A stretch of 63,970 nt of DNA, filler included, from Salisapilia sapeloensis CBS 127946 (GCA_023334545.1; 10 parts of 10 records of this genome joined end to end with filler, not necessarily neighbours in it); one strand, 5' to 3'. Shown: positions 45,803 through 59,017, counted from the first letter of the whole stretch. Translations and numbers: made by a program. The notes: generated from the letters alone by a model not told the origin.

Positions 45803-47233
45803 TTACTTGCTTTCTTCAGGAAAGACACGCTCAAAGGTCTCGCCGATGCTGTGGACAACATCCGGGGACGTCATGGCGCGTCGAACCTTGTTGAACGCAG
45901 TCTCCGAGCTGTACATAAAGCGTCAGCGTCACGCTACATGCTTATTAATTACTTTAGCGGACCTTGCTCGCGTCAGGACGGATCCACCGTAGGCTGCAAG
46001 CATCAACGGATTGCCTTGGAAATCATCTTTTGAGCTGCATTCACCTCCATTACTATACTTGGTATACGATTGCGAGGAAGTTCTGACACTTACATGTCCA
46101 CGTGCTGAGCCCATGCAGCAAAGGTAGCCGTCGTCCCCGTCAAGACCTACATGTCGTACATATAAATCAACGTATAACTGTATCAAATAAAGACAGTACA
46201 TCTCCTTGGCCGCCACAACGTCTCGGACTGCCGTACTGGTCGTTCGTCAGTGCTGTTATACTCGCTGGAATTAGCATCAGTCTGCTTTGCCCAAGTTTCT
46301 ACTAGATAGTACTTGTCTTTCCATCCGAAATCGTGTCTGCTTTGCCTTTCTTGAGGATAACAGGGTATCCCATCCTAGTGCATCTCCAGCATAAGCTACA
46401 TGAATATGATAAGAGTACGCATGACATGTTCCTACGCTTTGCTTAGGTCTGCAGCTTCGATCTCAGCTGCCTTGTTTGGATCCGCTTCGTCGAGTAGACC
46501 AACCGCCTTGCATAGTCGAGCATACTCCATCTAGGAATACCAACTTTCTTAGCTACTTTCATGACGCTGCAAGTACTTAAATGTACCGAGTTGGGCGTGA
46601 GGATCGCTTGGTCGTAATTCTGAACCAATTCTGGCTCATTGCTTAGTAAGAAGAGTGCATCACCATCCAAGATAAGAGGCAAGTTTATCTCTTTTGCTTT
46701 TAAGATAATAAGCTTGGCTATTGATTGGACGGACGCATCTCGACCGAGACCACAGCCCATGACAAGAGTGTCCAATCGACTGAAGATTTGACGAACTCTT
46801 TCAGCAGCGTCTTCAAATACTTTTCCTCGATCATTCTCTTCCACTTTCTCCATAGACTTTTCAGAGCGTAGAAGCGGATGGACAATTAGCTCTGGACTGT
46901 ACGTCTTGATCGGAGTCGCAGCTTCTTCGACACAGAAGATTTGGCACAAGTCCGCTCCCTAAAATACCATTTACACGTATAAGCAAATAGTACAGACAAA
47001 TTGCACTAAAATGAACTATACAGTCTTTAAGCTCGATAGTCCAGAGTAAAATGGAGCACCAGTGTACTCGAAAGAGCCACCGACGACGCCAACACGACCT
47101 GGTAATTTCGACCAAATTTCAATACACAACTACAAAACATATAAGCAAATAATTTTTGCATACCTTGCTGTCCCTTTCGTACTGAATGCGTCAGTTGTGG
47201 AATTAAACGTCGAGTCAATTGCATGGCAGACAT
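45803..47233 (-). CDS. NAXD: ATP-dependent (S)-NAD(P)H-hydrate dehydratase (multi-exon)
   Basis: [88 protein letters not shown]. Confidence 0.92.
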
Positions 47234-47376
47234 GCTTGTGTCCATTTTCGATATGAAGATCGATGCTTTTCGGTAGCTTTTCGATTTTTGTGTTTTATTT
47301 TTGGCCAATCAGATTGCATTTCATGACTGTAGAGGAATGTAGCCATATCTTGAAAAGGCGCAAAGAAGACTGGAGG

Positions 47377-50300
47377 ATGGATACCGGATATGAGGAGTAC
47401 ATTGGTGCGTTTGGTCCTTTGGGTGGGAAAGTTGATCCACATAGACGATACGATCAAGTCTTTCCTAGTGGTCGTTCACTACGAAGGCTACGAGATCGGC
47501 CGAGAGTCCCGGCGAAGCCACGTCAGGCTGATGACTATGCTGCATTCATCGAACAGCTCTCGGATCGACGCAAGCATCGAAAACGCAAGTGGAAGCAAGA
47601 GTCAGCAAACATATTGGAAATAGATGAAGAAGAATTTACGCAACAAAGTGCAGCATGTACGGATACATCTCGAAATACAAGGCATGTATGGTTACCTGCC
47701 CGTGACTTTGCGTTCCGAGAGCGATCAGGAAAGTTGGATACGCGATCCCTCGCTCGATTGGATATCAAAAAGATTGTCGATAATACAGACGTTGATACGA
47801 TCCAAAAGCATTTAGAAAACTTGGCGTTCGCAGATGTATCGCTTGAAGATGTAGAGTGCTATTCAGACGGTCAATTTCTCAAACTATTCCAAGTCGCTCA
47901 GGTATATATCCGTTCTAGTCTGTAAAAGCCTTATGCTAATCTTATTTTGGGTTATGCAGCTGACCTTGGAGTACCTCATGAACGTCCAAGACTCTTTGGT
48001 TACACATTCGACAACGCTGGAAGCACAGTGTTCGCAGTTCATGACCGAATGTCGGCAGATAGATGAAGAGAATGAAAAGTATGAAAATGAAATCGCAGCA
48101 CTAAAGAAGGAAATTCGACACAAACAACGAACAATGGCGACGTTGGAGACAATGCTCGTGAGTTTGACAGTCCAAGGCAATAAAGGTAAAGAGAATAGTG
48201 AAGTTGACGCGAACATGTCAAAAGACCAAAAAGACTTGGTCAACTCTTTGATTCAATCGCATGAAAACGTACTGCCATCAAAACCACTTGACTGTGTTCT
48301 CTGTGGAAAGAGATTTTTATCGCCTGAATACTTGATTCGCCATCAAGCAAAGCAGCATCGAAAGGAAGCGCAAAGTGAAGAGCATACCAGAAACAACACG
48401 AAACAATCACCATCAGCTCCAGACAACTACCAGAAGAAATCAGATGAAAGCAAAGAATTATCGGAGCAGCTAGCACAATTACAGGAAGAGTTGAAGGCTG
48501 AGAAAGAGAGGAGATATAGCGATAATCAACATGCCGAGCAGCAGCAGTCTGATCTGTCAAGGAAGATGAATGCTTACATGGAAAAATTGCAAAGGACACT
48601 TAGCGATATGGATAGAAAGCAGGAAGAATCTAAGAGTGATTTGATCAAGTACACTCGAGATGCGATTGCCAATATGCAGATAGAAGCTAAGTCCATGTTG
48701 GTAAATCAAACGATATCACGAGCCGGTGCGATTCTTCACGATGATAGCGTGAAAACGGATCGAGCACCTGTATGGCTGGATAAAATGGGATCCATGGTAG
48801 AAGCTTTGCTTCGAGCTCAAGAGCAAAAGCAACAGCAGATAGATGCACTAATTAAAGCTCAGCAGCACGGAAAGAGTAAAATCAAGAAGCATCATACAGA
48901 ACCAACTTCGGTCTTGCAGCAACTTGCACTGCTGGAAGCATACCGCTTTGGAGTTGACAGAAGCAGCATACCAAGCAGAGATGCTCACGATGAAATACCT
49001 GCAGTGGAGCCAATAAAGCCGTCGTTAGAAGATAAGCAAACCTCACCACCGAAAGCTGTTCAACAATGCTGCCAGGTGGTCCAAACCGAGGAAAAGCAAG
49101 AGTCATCTCCATCTAAACCTTCAACTGGTCCCCCTGTAAAGGTGGTAGTTGGGCCAAAGAAAGAAGAAAAATCTCCACAAAAGCCTACGCCCGTGGGTCC
49201 ATCAATTAAAAATTTAGATGATGAGAAGAAAGAATTGTCACCAAAAGATGCTGTCAATGCGATTATACGTGTCGTACGAGGATATTTTGCAAGGAAAAAC
49301 TTTATGCATTTATTAAACGCTAAGCAGCAGCTGAAGTTACCAATATCATTATTAAAGAAAACTCTGACAGACGAAGAGTGGAGGTACGCTATGAAAAGAC
49401 ATAATCTACAGAGTGTACAGCAGCTTTCTGTACAAGTGCCAGAAGCTTTGACTGCAAACGAACTTCGAGCCTATATAGCAAGCATACTCTTTGACAAGTC
49501 ATCAGCTTCAAGTCAAATGCCTGGAAGAACTGATGCTTATCATCGCGTTTTGCTGTATGAAAGACACAGCAGCGAAGAGATATACGGTCAAATGCAAATC
49601 AACAGTATACTACGATCGATACGTGTTGAAATTGTTTCGAAGCGTGATGCAGAGAAAGCTCTACAAGGCGCAGTATCCTACCACAGCAGAATTGATAATC
49701 GTGCATCAAGTATTCGAAAACAGTCAATGGAACTACCACGGAAGGGCTCGATGCAGCTTGAAGCGATGATAACAGGAGATAGAAAAAATATACAATCACT
49801 CATCCGCGTGCAGTCAGCAGTCAAAAGGCATTTAGCGAAGCGCCAATTAGAAATACGCCGGTTGGAGCGTGTTATTAATGGCCGTCTCTACAATGCAGCG
49901 AGGGCAGTCGATGACAAATGCACAGCAAACTACCATACGCTCGACACTGGCCTCCAAAGTCATATTCTTCGGATTCATTCGCAGCTAGCAGATCGAATTA
50001 CAAAGTACACCAAATACGATGATACCTTACCATCACTTGAGCTAGCCCGATTAACGCACCGAGTTCAACAAGAGCGTGGTCATCTTTCGGACGTTCTCCA
50101 AGAAAGAATTAAGGCTATTGATCGATGTGCTACTAATGTCATGCACCAAGTAAGCTCTAGTGTAATCGACAATCCGCATGCTGTATCGGACAAAGATCTC
50201 CTTGGAAGCGCACGAAGTCAATTTGAAAAACTGCTTGCAAGCGCCAGTGACACAAAGGCACCCGTCTCTCAAGCTGAGCAAACTAGCATTACGAAGCGGT

Positions 50301-50743
50301 TGGTGGAATTGGCAAATACAGTTGATGTTGCGAATAGTAATGACAAACAATCAGTATCGTCCGATGAAGCTATCGACAATGAGGTGAAAACCATCGCTGA
50401 TGCCTACGAGAAGAAAAACTGCAATACAGGAATATCCGTCGCTGTTAGTCCACTAGAATTGGATAATTCCGACTACAAAACCTTCAAAACGACTCAGCCT
50501 ATGAGCGATACTGCTCTCCAGAAATCTACTTCAGCACTTAAACGTTCAGCATTAAAGGCTCCAGCTATTCACAAGATTCACATGAGCGCAAAACCAATTA
50601 AGCAATCTGACCAACCCGGAATGTCACCGAGACCAGATAAAGACACAATGACGATATCTCCTTTCTCTTCGACACCGATACTTTCCCGACGAACAGGAGC
50701 TATACAATCACGGCAGAATCCACGGACGGACAGCGCAAGGTAA
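47377..50743 (+). CDS. DZIP1/Iguana-like ciliary basal-body protein (N-terminal Dzip-like domain, C2H2 finger, coiled coils, IQ-like motifs)
   Basis: FAFRERSGKLDTRSLARLDIKKIVDNTDVDTIQKHLENLAFAD...KLFQVAQ-LTLEYLMNVQ, then CVLCGKRFLSPEYLIRHQAKQH; IQ-like IIRVVRGYFARK and IRVQSAVKRHLAKR. Confidence 0.8.
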
Positions 50744-50823
50744 ATGGAAGCAGCATTTTAGACGACCTAAATTGTAGTTGCTACACAAACAACATTGTGA
50801 CATTACTAGATTTAATTGCTTGT

Positions 50824-50967
50824 CTATCCATCGATTCTGCTTTGACCTCGATTGCTGATGGTGTTGATCATATCTCCCATGTCGACTGCCACTTCATCAC
50901 TTACAGACGTGGTTTTGGCCAAGCGATAGACTTGGCCGACGCTCTCTGCTGGAGACGGAAGCGCCTC
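50824..50967 (-). CDS. Possible C-terminal fragment of a gene truncated at the contig end
   Basis: A frame open from the contig end reads EALPSPAESVGQVYRLAKTTSVSDEVAVDMGDMINTISNRGQSRIDG*. No family recognised. Confidence 0.25.
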   Translation of the reverse strand, partial: EALPSPAESVGQVYRLAKTTSVSDEVAVDMGDMINTISNRGQSRIDG

Positions 50968-51070
50968 ATNNNNNNNNNNNNNNNNNNNNNNNNNNNNNNN
51001 NNNNNNNNNNNNNTTAATTAATTAANNNNNNNNNNNNNNNNNNNNNNNNNNNNNNNNNNNNNNNNNNNNG

Positions 51071-52045
51071 ATGTTTTCTTATCCCCACAACCGCGATCCG
51101 GCAGCTACCGAGCATTGCACGAGCGTATCTTGGTCGGAAGCTAGCTGCGTACCGAGATATGCCACCATCGTCTACTCGACGCACCCCCTCTCGACCGTCG
51201 GAACAAATCCAAACGTCCAATCGATACCACTCTTCCCGCCATCTTCCATCTCCCCACCGCCCAAGTTACCACTGACACCTCCGCCCAAGACGAAACTTCC
51301 CTCCATCCGGCACCTCCTCTCTCGAAACCAAGACGCTTCGCCCGAGTCTTCACCCGTTGGCACGGGCGGCGCACCACACGGGACGAATGTCTCCACTCCG
51401 ACACCCTCGCCATCGTCCGTATCGATGAAGCCGATGTACTCTTCTCCTCCAAGGCTCGAGCAGCCTGACACTCGGCGCAGGCTCTCCATCCGCGACCTCA
51501 TCGACGCCAACAACCTCGTATCGAAATCTTCTTCTGATCCCCCTGCTCCTGCTCCGAAGCCGTACCGAACGCCGAGTCGATCCCACCGGCGGCAGTGCAA
51601 GATGTTTAGCTGCACCAAGTACGGCCTGGCGGGAGGCATGTGCATCCGACACGGAGGTGGCAAGCGGTGTGGCTTCAACGGATGCCAGACGGTGGCCCAG
51701 AGCGGAGGCCGGTGCAAAGCCCACGGCGGAGGCAGCAAGTGCAAGGTCCAGGGATGCAGCAGCGTGGCTCGGCGTCAAGGACTATGCATGGGCCACGGCG
51801 GTCGCCAGCCGTGCAAGGTGGATGGGTGCGGCAAGTGCGCCCACGGCGGAGGCCACTGTATCTCTCACGGCGGGGGCAAGCGATGCGCGACGGGGGGCTG
51901 CCTGAAGAGCGCACAGTCCGGCGGACACTGCTACAGTCACGGCGGCGGCAAGCGATGTGCGGACGCCAGTTGCATGCAGGCGGCTCGCAAAGGAGGCCTG
52001 TGCATCCGCCACCGGAAAGCGAGGATGGGAAGCGGTGGAAACTAG
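51071..52045 (+). CDS. Protein with six tandem C-x4-C-x9-C-x2-H-GG repeats (often annotated 'WRKY19-like'; no WRKY domain present); may be 5'-truncated
   Basis: Repeat units such as CGFNGCQTVAQSGGRCKAHGGG and CATGGCLKSAQSGGHCYSHGGG; Pro/Ser-rich N-terminus with LPSIRHLL and LSIRDLI motifs. Confidence 0.85.
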   Translation: MFSYPHNRDPAATEHCTSVSWSEASCVPRYATIVYSTHPLSTVGTNPNVQSIPLFPPSSISPPPKLPLTPPPKTKLPSIRHLLSRNQDASPESSPVGTGGAPHGTNVSTPTPSPSSVSMKPMYSSPPRLEQPDTRRRLSIRDLIDANNLVSKSSSDPPAPAPKPYRTPSRSHRRQCKMFSCTKYGLAGGMCIRHGGGKRCGFNGCQTVAQSGGRCKAHGGGSKCKVQGCSSVARRQGLCMGHGGRQPCKVDGCGKCAHGGGHCISHGGGKRCATGGCLKSAQSGGHCYSHGGGKRCADASCMQAARKGGLCIRHRKARMGSGGN

Positions 52046-52895
52046 ATTTCTACAGGGTAGTATCTGCACATGCGATCGTAATGAATATATGTTTGAGTGA
52101 GCTGGTTGGAGCGGAAGCATTTGTGTTGGTGATGATGGCGAGAGGTTTGCCTTCGCATTCAGTACTCGCTGGATATCGCTGGTGCCTACGGAGGCATGTC
52201 TGCGTCGACCCACTGGCAGGCGAGGCAAGGGACTGCATACCAAGATGTTCGCGTCGACAAATACATCGACTACTCCCTCTCAGTCCCAAGCATCGATGAG
52301 TACATGCCGACTCGATCACTTGAGGAGTCTCAATCCTGCCACCCCACGACACATCTATTCATGTTAGTANNNNNNNNNNNNNNNNNNNNNNNNNNNNNNN
52401 NNNNNNNNNNNNNTTAATTAATTAANNNNNNNNNNNNNNNNNNNNNNNNNNNNNNNNNNNNNNNNNNNNCGCCTGGATGCAATGGATATCGCTAAGCTCC
52501 TTCAGTGGGGAAAGTGGTATGTATTCATCACCGGACTAGTTCGATCGCTAAATTCCTTAAGTGGAGGCAGCAGTCGGATTAGCATCGACCTGTGCGAGAA
52601 GTGATCTCATGGTAACCTAGAACAAGTATCCATCAATAGACTTTTATTTCTCTTTAACTCTTTGTATTGGTTTTCGTTCACTACTAGTCTATGCATACTC
52701 TTCTATTCTCTACTAAGATTCGATGTACATGCATGGATGAACTTTATAAACGAAAGGCAATGGTACATGCGAATATCTGGATGTGCTCTATTACTTTGTT
52801 ATAGACAGTCTACCACACGCAATAATCACCTAGGCAGACACGACGGACGCGGACGGACAGTTTCGCCCTTGATCGCCATGCTACATCGTCTACCA

Positions 52896-54074
52896 CTACG
52901 TGGTCATTAGGCAATCGGCGCAGGAAGTGGTCGGCTGTGCGGCGTTCATCTTGGACGTCTTCTCGTCCATCGTCTTGCCGAACTTCTCGTCCACCTTGGC
53001 CCACTGTCCGATGATACGCTCCTGGATGTGCTGGATGGCGTTGGAGAGGGATCCGGCAATGTCCAAAGTCGGGCGGTCACGTCCTTCCGCCATTCGAGCT
53101 GTGTTCACAAAGTCTCGCACCTGCAGATAGTTGGCGTCGTCTCTCGTCTGGTACTTGGCCACGCTGTGATTACCAGTGGACGCTCGGGGCTCTAGCTGGT
53201 GCATTTCCTCCAGTCCGCACATACTGCTCGGGCACTAGTTGGGCGCACCATCCATGCTACCGTCCACAACGATCAGGCCGTCGCGGTGGTACACTTGCGG
53301 CTGCACCGGAGGCCGGTTCACTGGGATCTGCTGGTAGTTCACGCCGAAATGGTGGCGGTGCGTGTCCGGCTACAAGTTCAGATGACCCTGCAGCATCTGA
53401 TCTACCGGCGGCTGAATGCCTGGAGCCATGCGCTAGGGAGAGAAGGCGATCTAATCCACCTCGGCAAAGTAGTTCGTCGGGCTGCGGTTCACTACGAGAC
53501 GATCGGCATGCTGCAGAGAAAAGTCCTTGTGCGACCACACCTTGGTCACGTCGAATGGGTCGAACGAGCACTAGTTTGCCTCCTCCGATGTCATCGTTTC
53601 GATGTACAAGGTTCACGTCGGGTACTCCTTGCGACCGATCGCGTCGTACAGTTCGCGCATGGCATAGTCCGTGTCGCTGCCAGCAAGCTCTTCCGCATTT
53701 TGCACCAGCATATTCTTGATGCTCTGGTCTGTCTTGAAGTGGAACTTGACCAGGGTCTCCTCGTCCTTTGAGTTCACTTTCACCAATGTATCAAAGCCGT
53801 CGACGTTCATGAAGCGGAAGCCGTCCGGGATGACTCGGTCCGAGAAGAGGAAGGCTACCTGGTAGAACGACTCGATTCAGAGTGACCACAAGTCCCACGC
53901 GGCATTGGCACCCTGGAGTGCGTCGACGGTTCTTGCTTGTGGGTGTGGAAGGACGGGAATAGGATCGCGGATGACGAGTGCACTTTTTGAGATGAAGAGT
54001 TCTATTGAAGAGTTACTTTTTCGGACGCACGGATCTGGATTCACCCGCTTCAGCGGTGCGGGTGGAGAGCGCAC
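52896..54074 (-). pseudogene. CAT: Monofunctional heme catalase pseudogene (frameshifts, stops, N-terminus missing)
   Basis: Fragments [78 protein letters not shown] and DDANYLQV...IAGSLSNA, spread over several frames. Confidence 0.88.
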
Positions 54075-54169
54075 GTCTTAACGCAATGGGCGAGGCAGTG
54101 TTCGTTGAGCAGATAGTTCGGTATTGTGCAAGGCATTGAAGGCAATATGAAAACAAACGAGGATTAATT

Positions 54170-54711
54170 GTTACAGGAATCATTGCCTGAGTCTTTGGTG
54201 GCTCGTCCTACTCTTATGTCTCTATATACTTTTCCGTTCCTATCCACATGTATCGTCCGCTCTTCTGTCATGTTTTGGCAGGGCCTAGTGTCAAGCGTAT
54301 CTTCAAAAGCCGTCCAGGTTGAAGTATCATTCGATTTACTTGCGACATTGAGCTCTTCACAGTTTTACTAGGATGGATTCCAAAGATAAATTTTAATAAA
54401 AATGAATCTTTGAAAAAGAAAAAAAACAGTTTTACTAGGACGGATACAGTGCGCGTCAAAAATATCGCTCAATTATTCCATCCACTGTACTGTGCCTGTT
54501 CCGAAATAGTAGCGAAGAGCTCACTAGCGCAAGTAAAGCGAATGCAACTTCAACCTGAAGGACTATCAGCGATACACCACGATACGCTCGACACTCTCCC
54601 CGCTAAGACATGACAGAGGAACGGAGGATGCACGTGGATAGGTCTGGAAAGATAAATAGCGACATAAAATTAGGCTGAACCTCCAAATATTTGGTCGTTG
54701 ATTCCTACTAC
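54170..54711. repeat. Imperfect long inverted repeat (foldback/MITE-like): arms ~54170-54358 and ~54514-54711
   Basis: 54241-54270 vs reverse complement of 54611-54640 = 25/30 identical; 54315-54358 vs reverse complement of 54514-54557 = 38/44 identical. The loop contains a 20-nt direct repeat (ACAGTTTTACTAGGAYGGAT at 54359 and 54426). Confidence 0.85.
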
Positions 54712-55505
54712 AGAGTTTTTGTGTGTTTGTTCACATAATGCCTCATGTTTCTAGCATAAACCTAGGCTATCTGCTCAATGAACACGACCTGGATCTGCGC
54801 ATAAGTTTAGCTTACGAATGCAGAGTAACCTATACGGATCGCGGACTAAATGAAATCGCGAAACATTGTGCATTCATGTAAACGCTTTTCTATTCTTGCT
54901 AACTTTTGGTCATGCTACTAGGTTTGAGTTTTAGACAGACTAAAGACTTGCCCTTGAATAGTACCCTGGTTTATTAGCTCCTTCTATTATGGTCATGGTA
55001 TATGCAGACTTATGGAAATGGACGGGCAACATTTCAAATCCTGGTGAGGATTGCAATACAGGATCGTACATATCCAGTGTAGCTTGACAAAGATGACACG
55101 GAATCTAATTAGGAGCATACAATGTGCCTAAAGGCTATCAAACGATTGAAACCGTGGCATCTAAATATAAAGAGCAAGAGAGCGCTTGTAAGCTTACAAT
55201 AGGTGTACAAACTAGAAGGCGACAAAGAAACCCAACGAAAGATTGTCACCAGCAGCCAATAATTTGAACATCATCTTTCTTGCTCTCAACGAAAACCACC
55301 AAAATACATAAATTGTGTACCTCCATAGCCTCAAAACTACTAGCAAGTGCCTACAAGTATCTCTTTCGTCGCTCCAAGCCACAAAGACACTTCGACCGTA
55401 AATGCATGAACAGACCATTGCATCTGTTCAATATCTCTCTAGCAACCTCCACTTCAGAGTTATACATTCGGAACACCCGCCAAAACTACAACTTTTACCG
55501 CGTAA

Positions 55506-58500
55506 ATGGCGCCGAGGTCAGCGCGTACGTCGAGCTCTGCTTCACACTTCCTAGAAGCCTTTGAGCATCATGCAGACCGACATGCCTCTCAGGAACTTAC
55601 AGAAGCAGCTCTAGAAGGTGAATGTCGTCAGCACTTGGCCTCGATTATGCGAGAACTGCCAAGTGTGCTCAATTCCATTGGGTCACTGGATGATCAACAT
55701 GCCGTACAAGAAATTCAGCAGCTATGCAAACTACTCAAGCTCTTGCTATTCGGAAAAGCATGTCCCAAGTCCTTTTCTTTATTTCCAAAACGAGTAGATG
55801 TGAATGATAACGCTAGTCCAGCATCCAGGTCGTCTGCACCGACGTCGTCTCAAACGTTCACCGTCACCTTCTTCTTCTACTTGATGTCCTTTTACAGTAA
55901 GCCTAGTCTAGAACCAGTCCAGGACGAATTATTGTCCGTGATTTTGGAATTTGCCTTATTTATCCGTTGGAACGACCTCAAGCTCTTCCATCACTTTATC
56001 CAAGACACGGTGCAGCTACTAGAGGACTGTCTAATGCTCGAGAGAATGATGCGTGATGGACGTATTGCAGACGAAAATGCTTCCATTTGCTGTTATTTGG
56101 ATTCAGCCATGCACATGACAGGTATTCACGACAAAGGCACAGCACTCTGTGGCTGCGATTCGAACGCCAGCACTTCTGCAGTGGACAAACAGGCTAGAAA
56201 ATTAGAAAAATCGTTACCTCCATTACGCACAAACTCGCTCCATGGCGCAGTAAAGCTTCGCAAGTCCATTATGCGGCTTGTGAGAGATTTATTACATCAT
56301 CATTATAGCATCATCTACGGATATCCAAGCTTCCTCGAGCTCGTAGACTTGATTGACTGTTGTTTACACACAGATTGTGGTGTCACAGACGGCTCATCGT
56401 CCTTATCTTCCACCTGCCAGTTGCTCTTATCGTCGTTCCAACAGCAAACGACGTCTGACGGTGTCTTTGAAAAGCTATTAATCAGTTTCTTTAAACAAAC
56501 CGGAGGCAGTGTTGCTCGTGGCGAAGCTGTGGATGAAGTTGCGTTAGTGCTAGAGCAAAGTGCAAGACGACTCAAGTATATGCGCTGGTCAATCTTGACG
56601 ACGCTTTGGATTCCCTTTCGCGACTGGCTCTTGCGCTCAACCGTAGACTATGACGCTTCTCTCTCTACCTTTGGACTTTTTTCACATCCAAAAACAACAG
56701 CTAAGACGTTAGATTGGATGTGTATCTACATTGCCTTAGATCCTGCCGGTGCCAGTAGCTTTTGTTTTGTTTCTTTGCTATCTAGAATGGACGTCACGCA
56801 CATGAGTCCATCCGAAAGCAGTCGAGTCGTTGCACTCGTTCGATTGCTATTGATTCAAAACGTACAGCTGAAGGACTTTGGTCGATGTCTTGTGGAAGAG
56901 CTTGTGACAGGAACCTCTCGTCCTAGTGACGTGACAGAACCACAGCGACAACAAAAGAGTCGACGCATCTTTCTTGCAGATGAAGATGGTGCGAGTATGA
57001 GTACACAGTTAGCACGTAGTCTCGGCCGGATGTTCTATCATCAAGAAAGGAACATAGCAGATAGCGCAGTGGCATTGTCGATCGTCCTACGCATCCTACT
57101 GCCATGTCAGGACGTGATCGCTGCATCTGCAGGATCGGAAGCTCAGGCATTGCATGACAAAGTCATGGAACGACTGGACTATGTCTTGGATAGTGTCTTT
57201 GCAGTCGATTCCAGGGTAGTACTAGAGTCCAATGCGCTAGATCTCGTCATCGTTTCCATTGCATACCTATCTACAAATGACCTCACTCCATATGAACGCA
57301 AGTTCCAGACACTTTTAACGAAACTAGAGGAGATTAAAGGTGGTCAAGACAACGTGATTCCTTCTTCAGACATCTTGCAACAGGTTCTACGCTACTGGCA
57401 AGAGCATCAATCGATAGATGTGGACTTGACACGCGTGACGAATTCGTATGTCATGTCTGCGTTCGAATTGCTAGATGTTGGGCAGATTGGAAGTGGTATC
57501 AAAGTTCTTTTTACAGGTATGATCCTCTGGGCTCGTCCGACGATGCCGCTTGTGGAGCATGACACGTCTTTCCGATCGCATTTGCCGTATTCTTTCATCC
57601 AAAGCACGTTGGAGTATGATGATGCTTTCGTATGTGCAGCTTTGGAGTGCTATCCGCTTCTACTAGCGACGACACATCCTGAGATTGTCTCGACATCGAC
57701 ATTAGTAGAAGCTCTGTTGGAGTTGTACGTGAAGAAGATGGAGTCGAATCCGACGGATGTCGTCGCGAAAGCACTATTACAATCTGCAGGTCATATAGTA
57801 TGTGTTGCAAGTGGCTTGAAGGAGGCGTCGGAGAGTGTCAAGGCAGATACACCCATGCGCCAGTGGCCATATACAGTCATGCCACCATCCAAGCATCATC
57901 ACGACTGGATCGGCTGTGGATCATCGTCTCCAATCGCTTCTGACCTCCCAGCAAAGTACTTTCAAAGCCTATTAACGTCCATTTTAAAGCGAACAATGTC
58001 TCCAGACGTCCAAGTTACATGTATTGATTTCGCGTCTCGAGTGCTTCGACACTGTCGATTCGAAGAGGATGCAGTCGGACCATTTGCTAATGTCATATTC
58101 GACTCTATCTCTTCCGCCTCGGAGATCGTCCGCATTGCTTCTGTACAACACTTTGATGCCTCAAGCTGTCACTCGCATCTACTTGAAAGTCTCTGGCTAT
58201 CAGTAAATGATGACGGGACGAGTGCTTTAGATAGATTAGATAACGTTTTAACCTACGTCAATGCGTCTACACTAGATGCAGATGGACGCGTAGTCTTTGC
58301 TAATGCAGTCGGAAAGACTGCACGTGCATGTGACTTGACTAGTGAGAAGCAGTTGGATTTGTTTGTTGGTTTAATGTTACAGTTAAACGCACTATGGACA
58401 GAGCTACAGACGAGTGATACTAGTCGATATGACGTCCACATGCGTGTCGTTGATCAAGTGCGACGTACGTTCACGACGGCGCACTTGTCTTGGGAATCAA

Positions 58501-58917
58501 TAGCGATCAAGTACCCGGACAAGGTCTACTATGACCTTGTCGACGACTTGATGACAACGAATACACTCGACATCTTCTCCACTACCTTCCTCACATCTAT
58601 CGAAGCAGGACGAGACCTCTTGTTTAAGAGCGTACCGTACGTCATGCCGCGATACATGGTCATTGGTAATCGACAAGCTCTCGCACGTCTCTTTACGCCG
58701 ATCGAAACGCTTGCGGAGACGCAGATGGCGAATGCACGAGATAATGATCCGCGAGGTGATTGGAACGACATCACGGCCTTGCAATACCTCGTGACGTCAC
58801 ATACGCCTGCGATCGTTAAGGAAGCGACCATGCTGCAGGCGATGGAAGACCGAGATGATGCCGTCTCGTGGGACTTTATCTTTGAGCACATGCGACAGGA
58901 GTTTGGGTACTACGACG
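55506..58917 (+). CDS. Large HEAT-repeat protein, probably the N-terminal half of the PIKK kinase ATR (3'-truncated)
   Basis: 1137 codons open up to the contig end, all-helical composition. FFYLMSFYSKPSLEPVQDELLSVILEFALFIRWNDLKLFHHFIQDTVQLLEDC resembles the ATR N-terminal block. The kinase domain is not in the window. Confidence 0.55.
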
Positions 58918-59017
58918 NNNNNNNNNNNNNNNNNNNNNNNNNNNNNNNNNNNNNNNNNNNNTTAATTAATTAANNNNNNNNNNNNNNNNNNNNNNNNNNN
59001 NNNNNNNNNNNNNNNNN

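Noticed and set aside
51071-52045. WRKY transcription factor call
   Set aside because: No WRKYGQK motif; only the Cys/His-Gly repeats are present.
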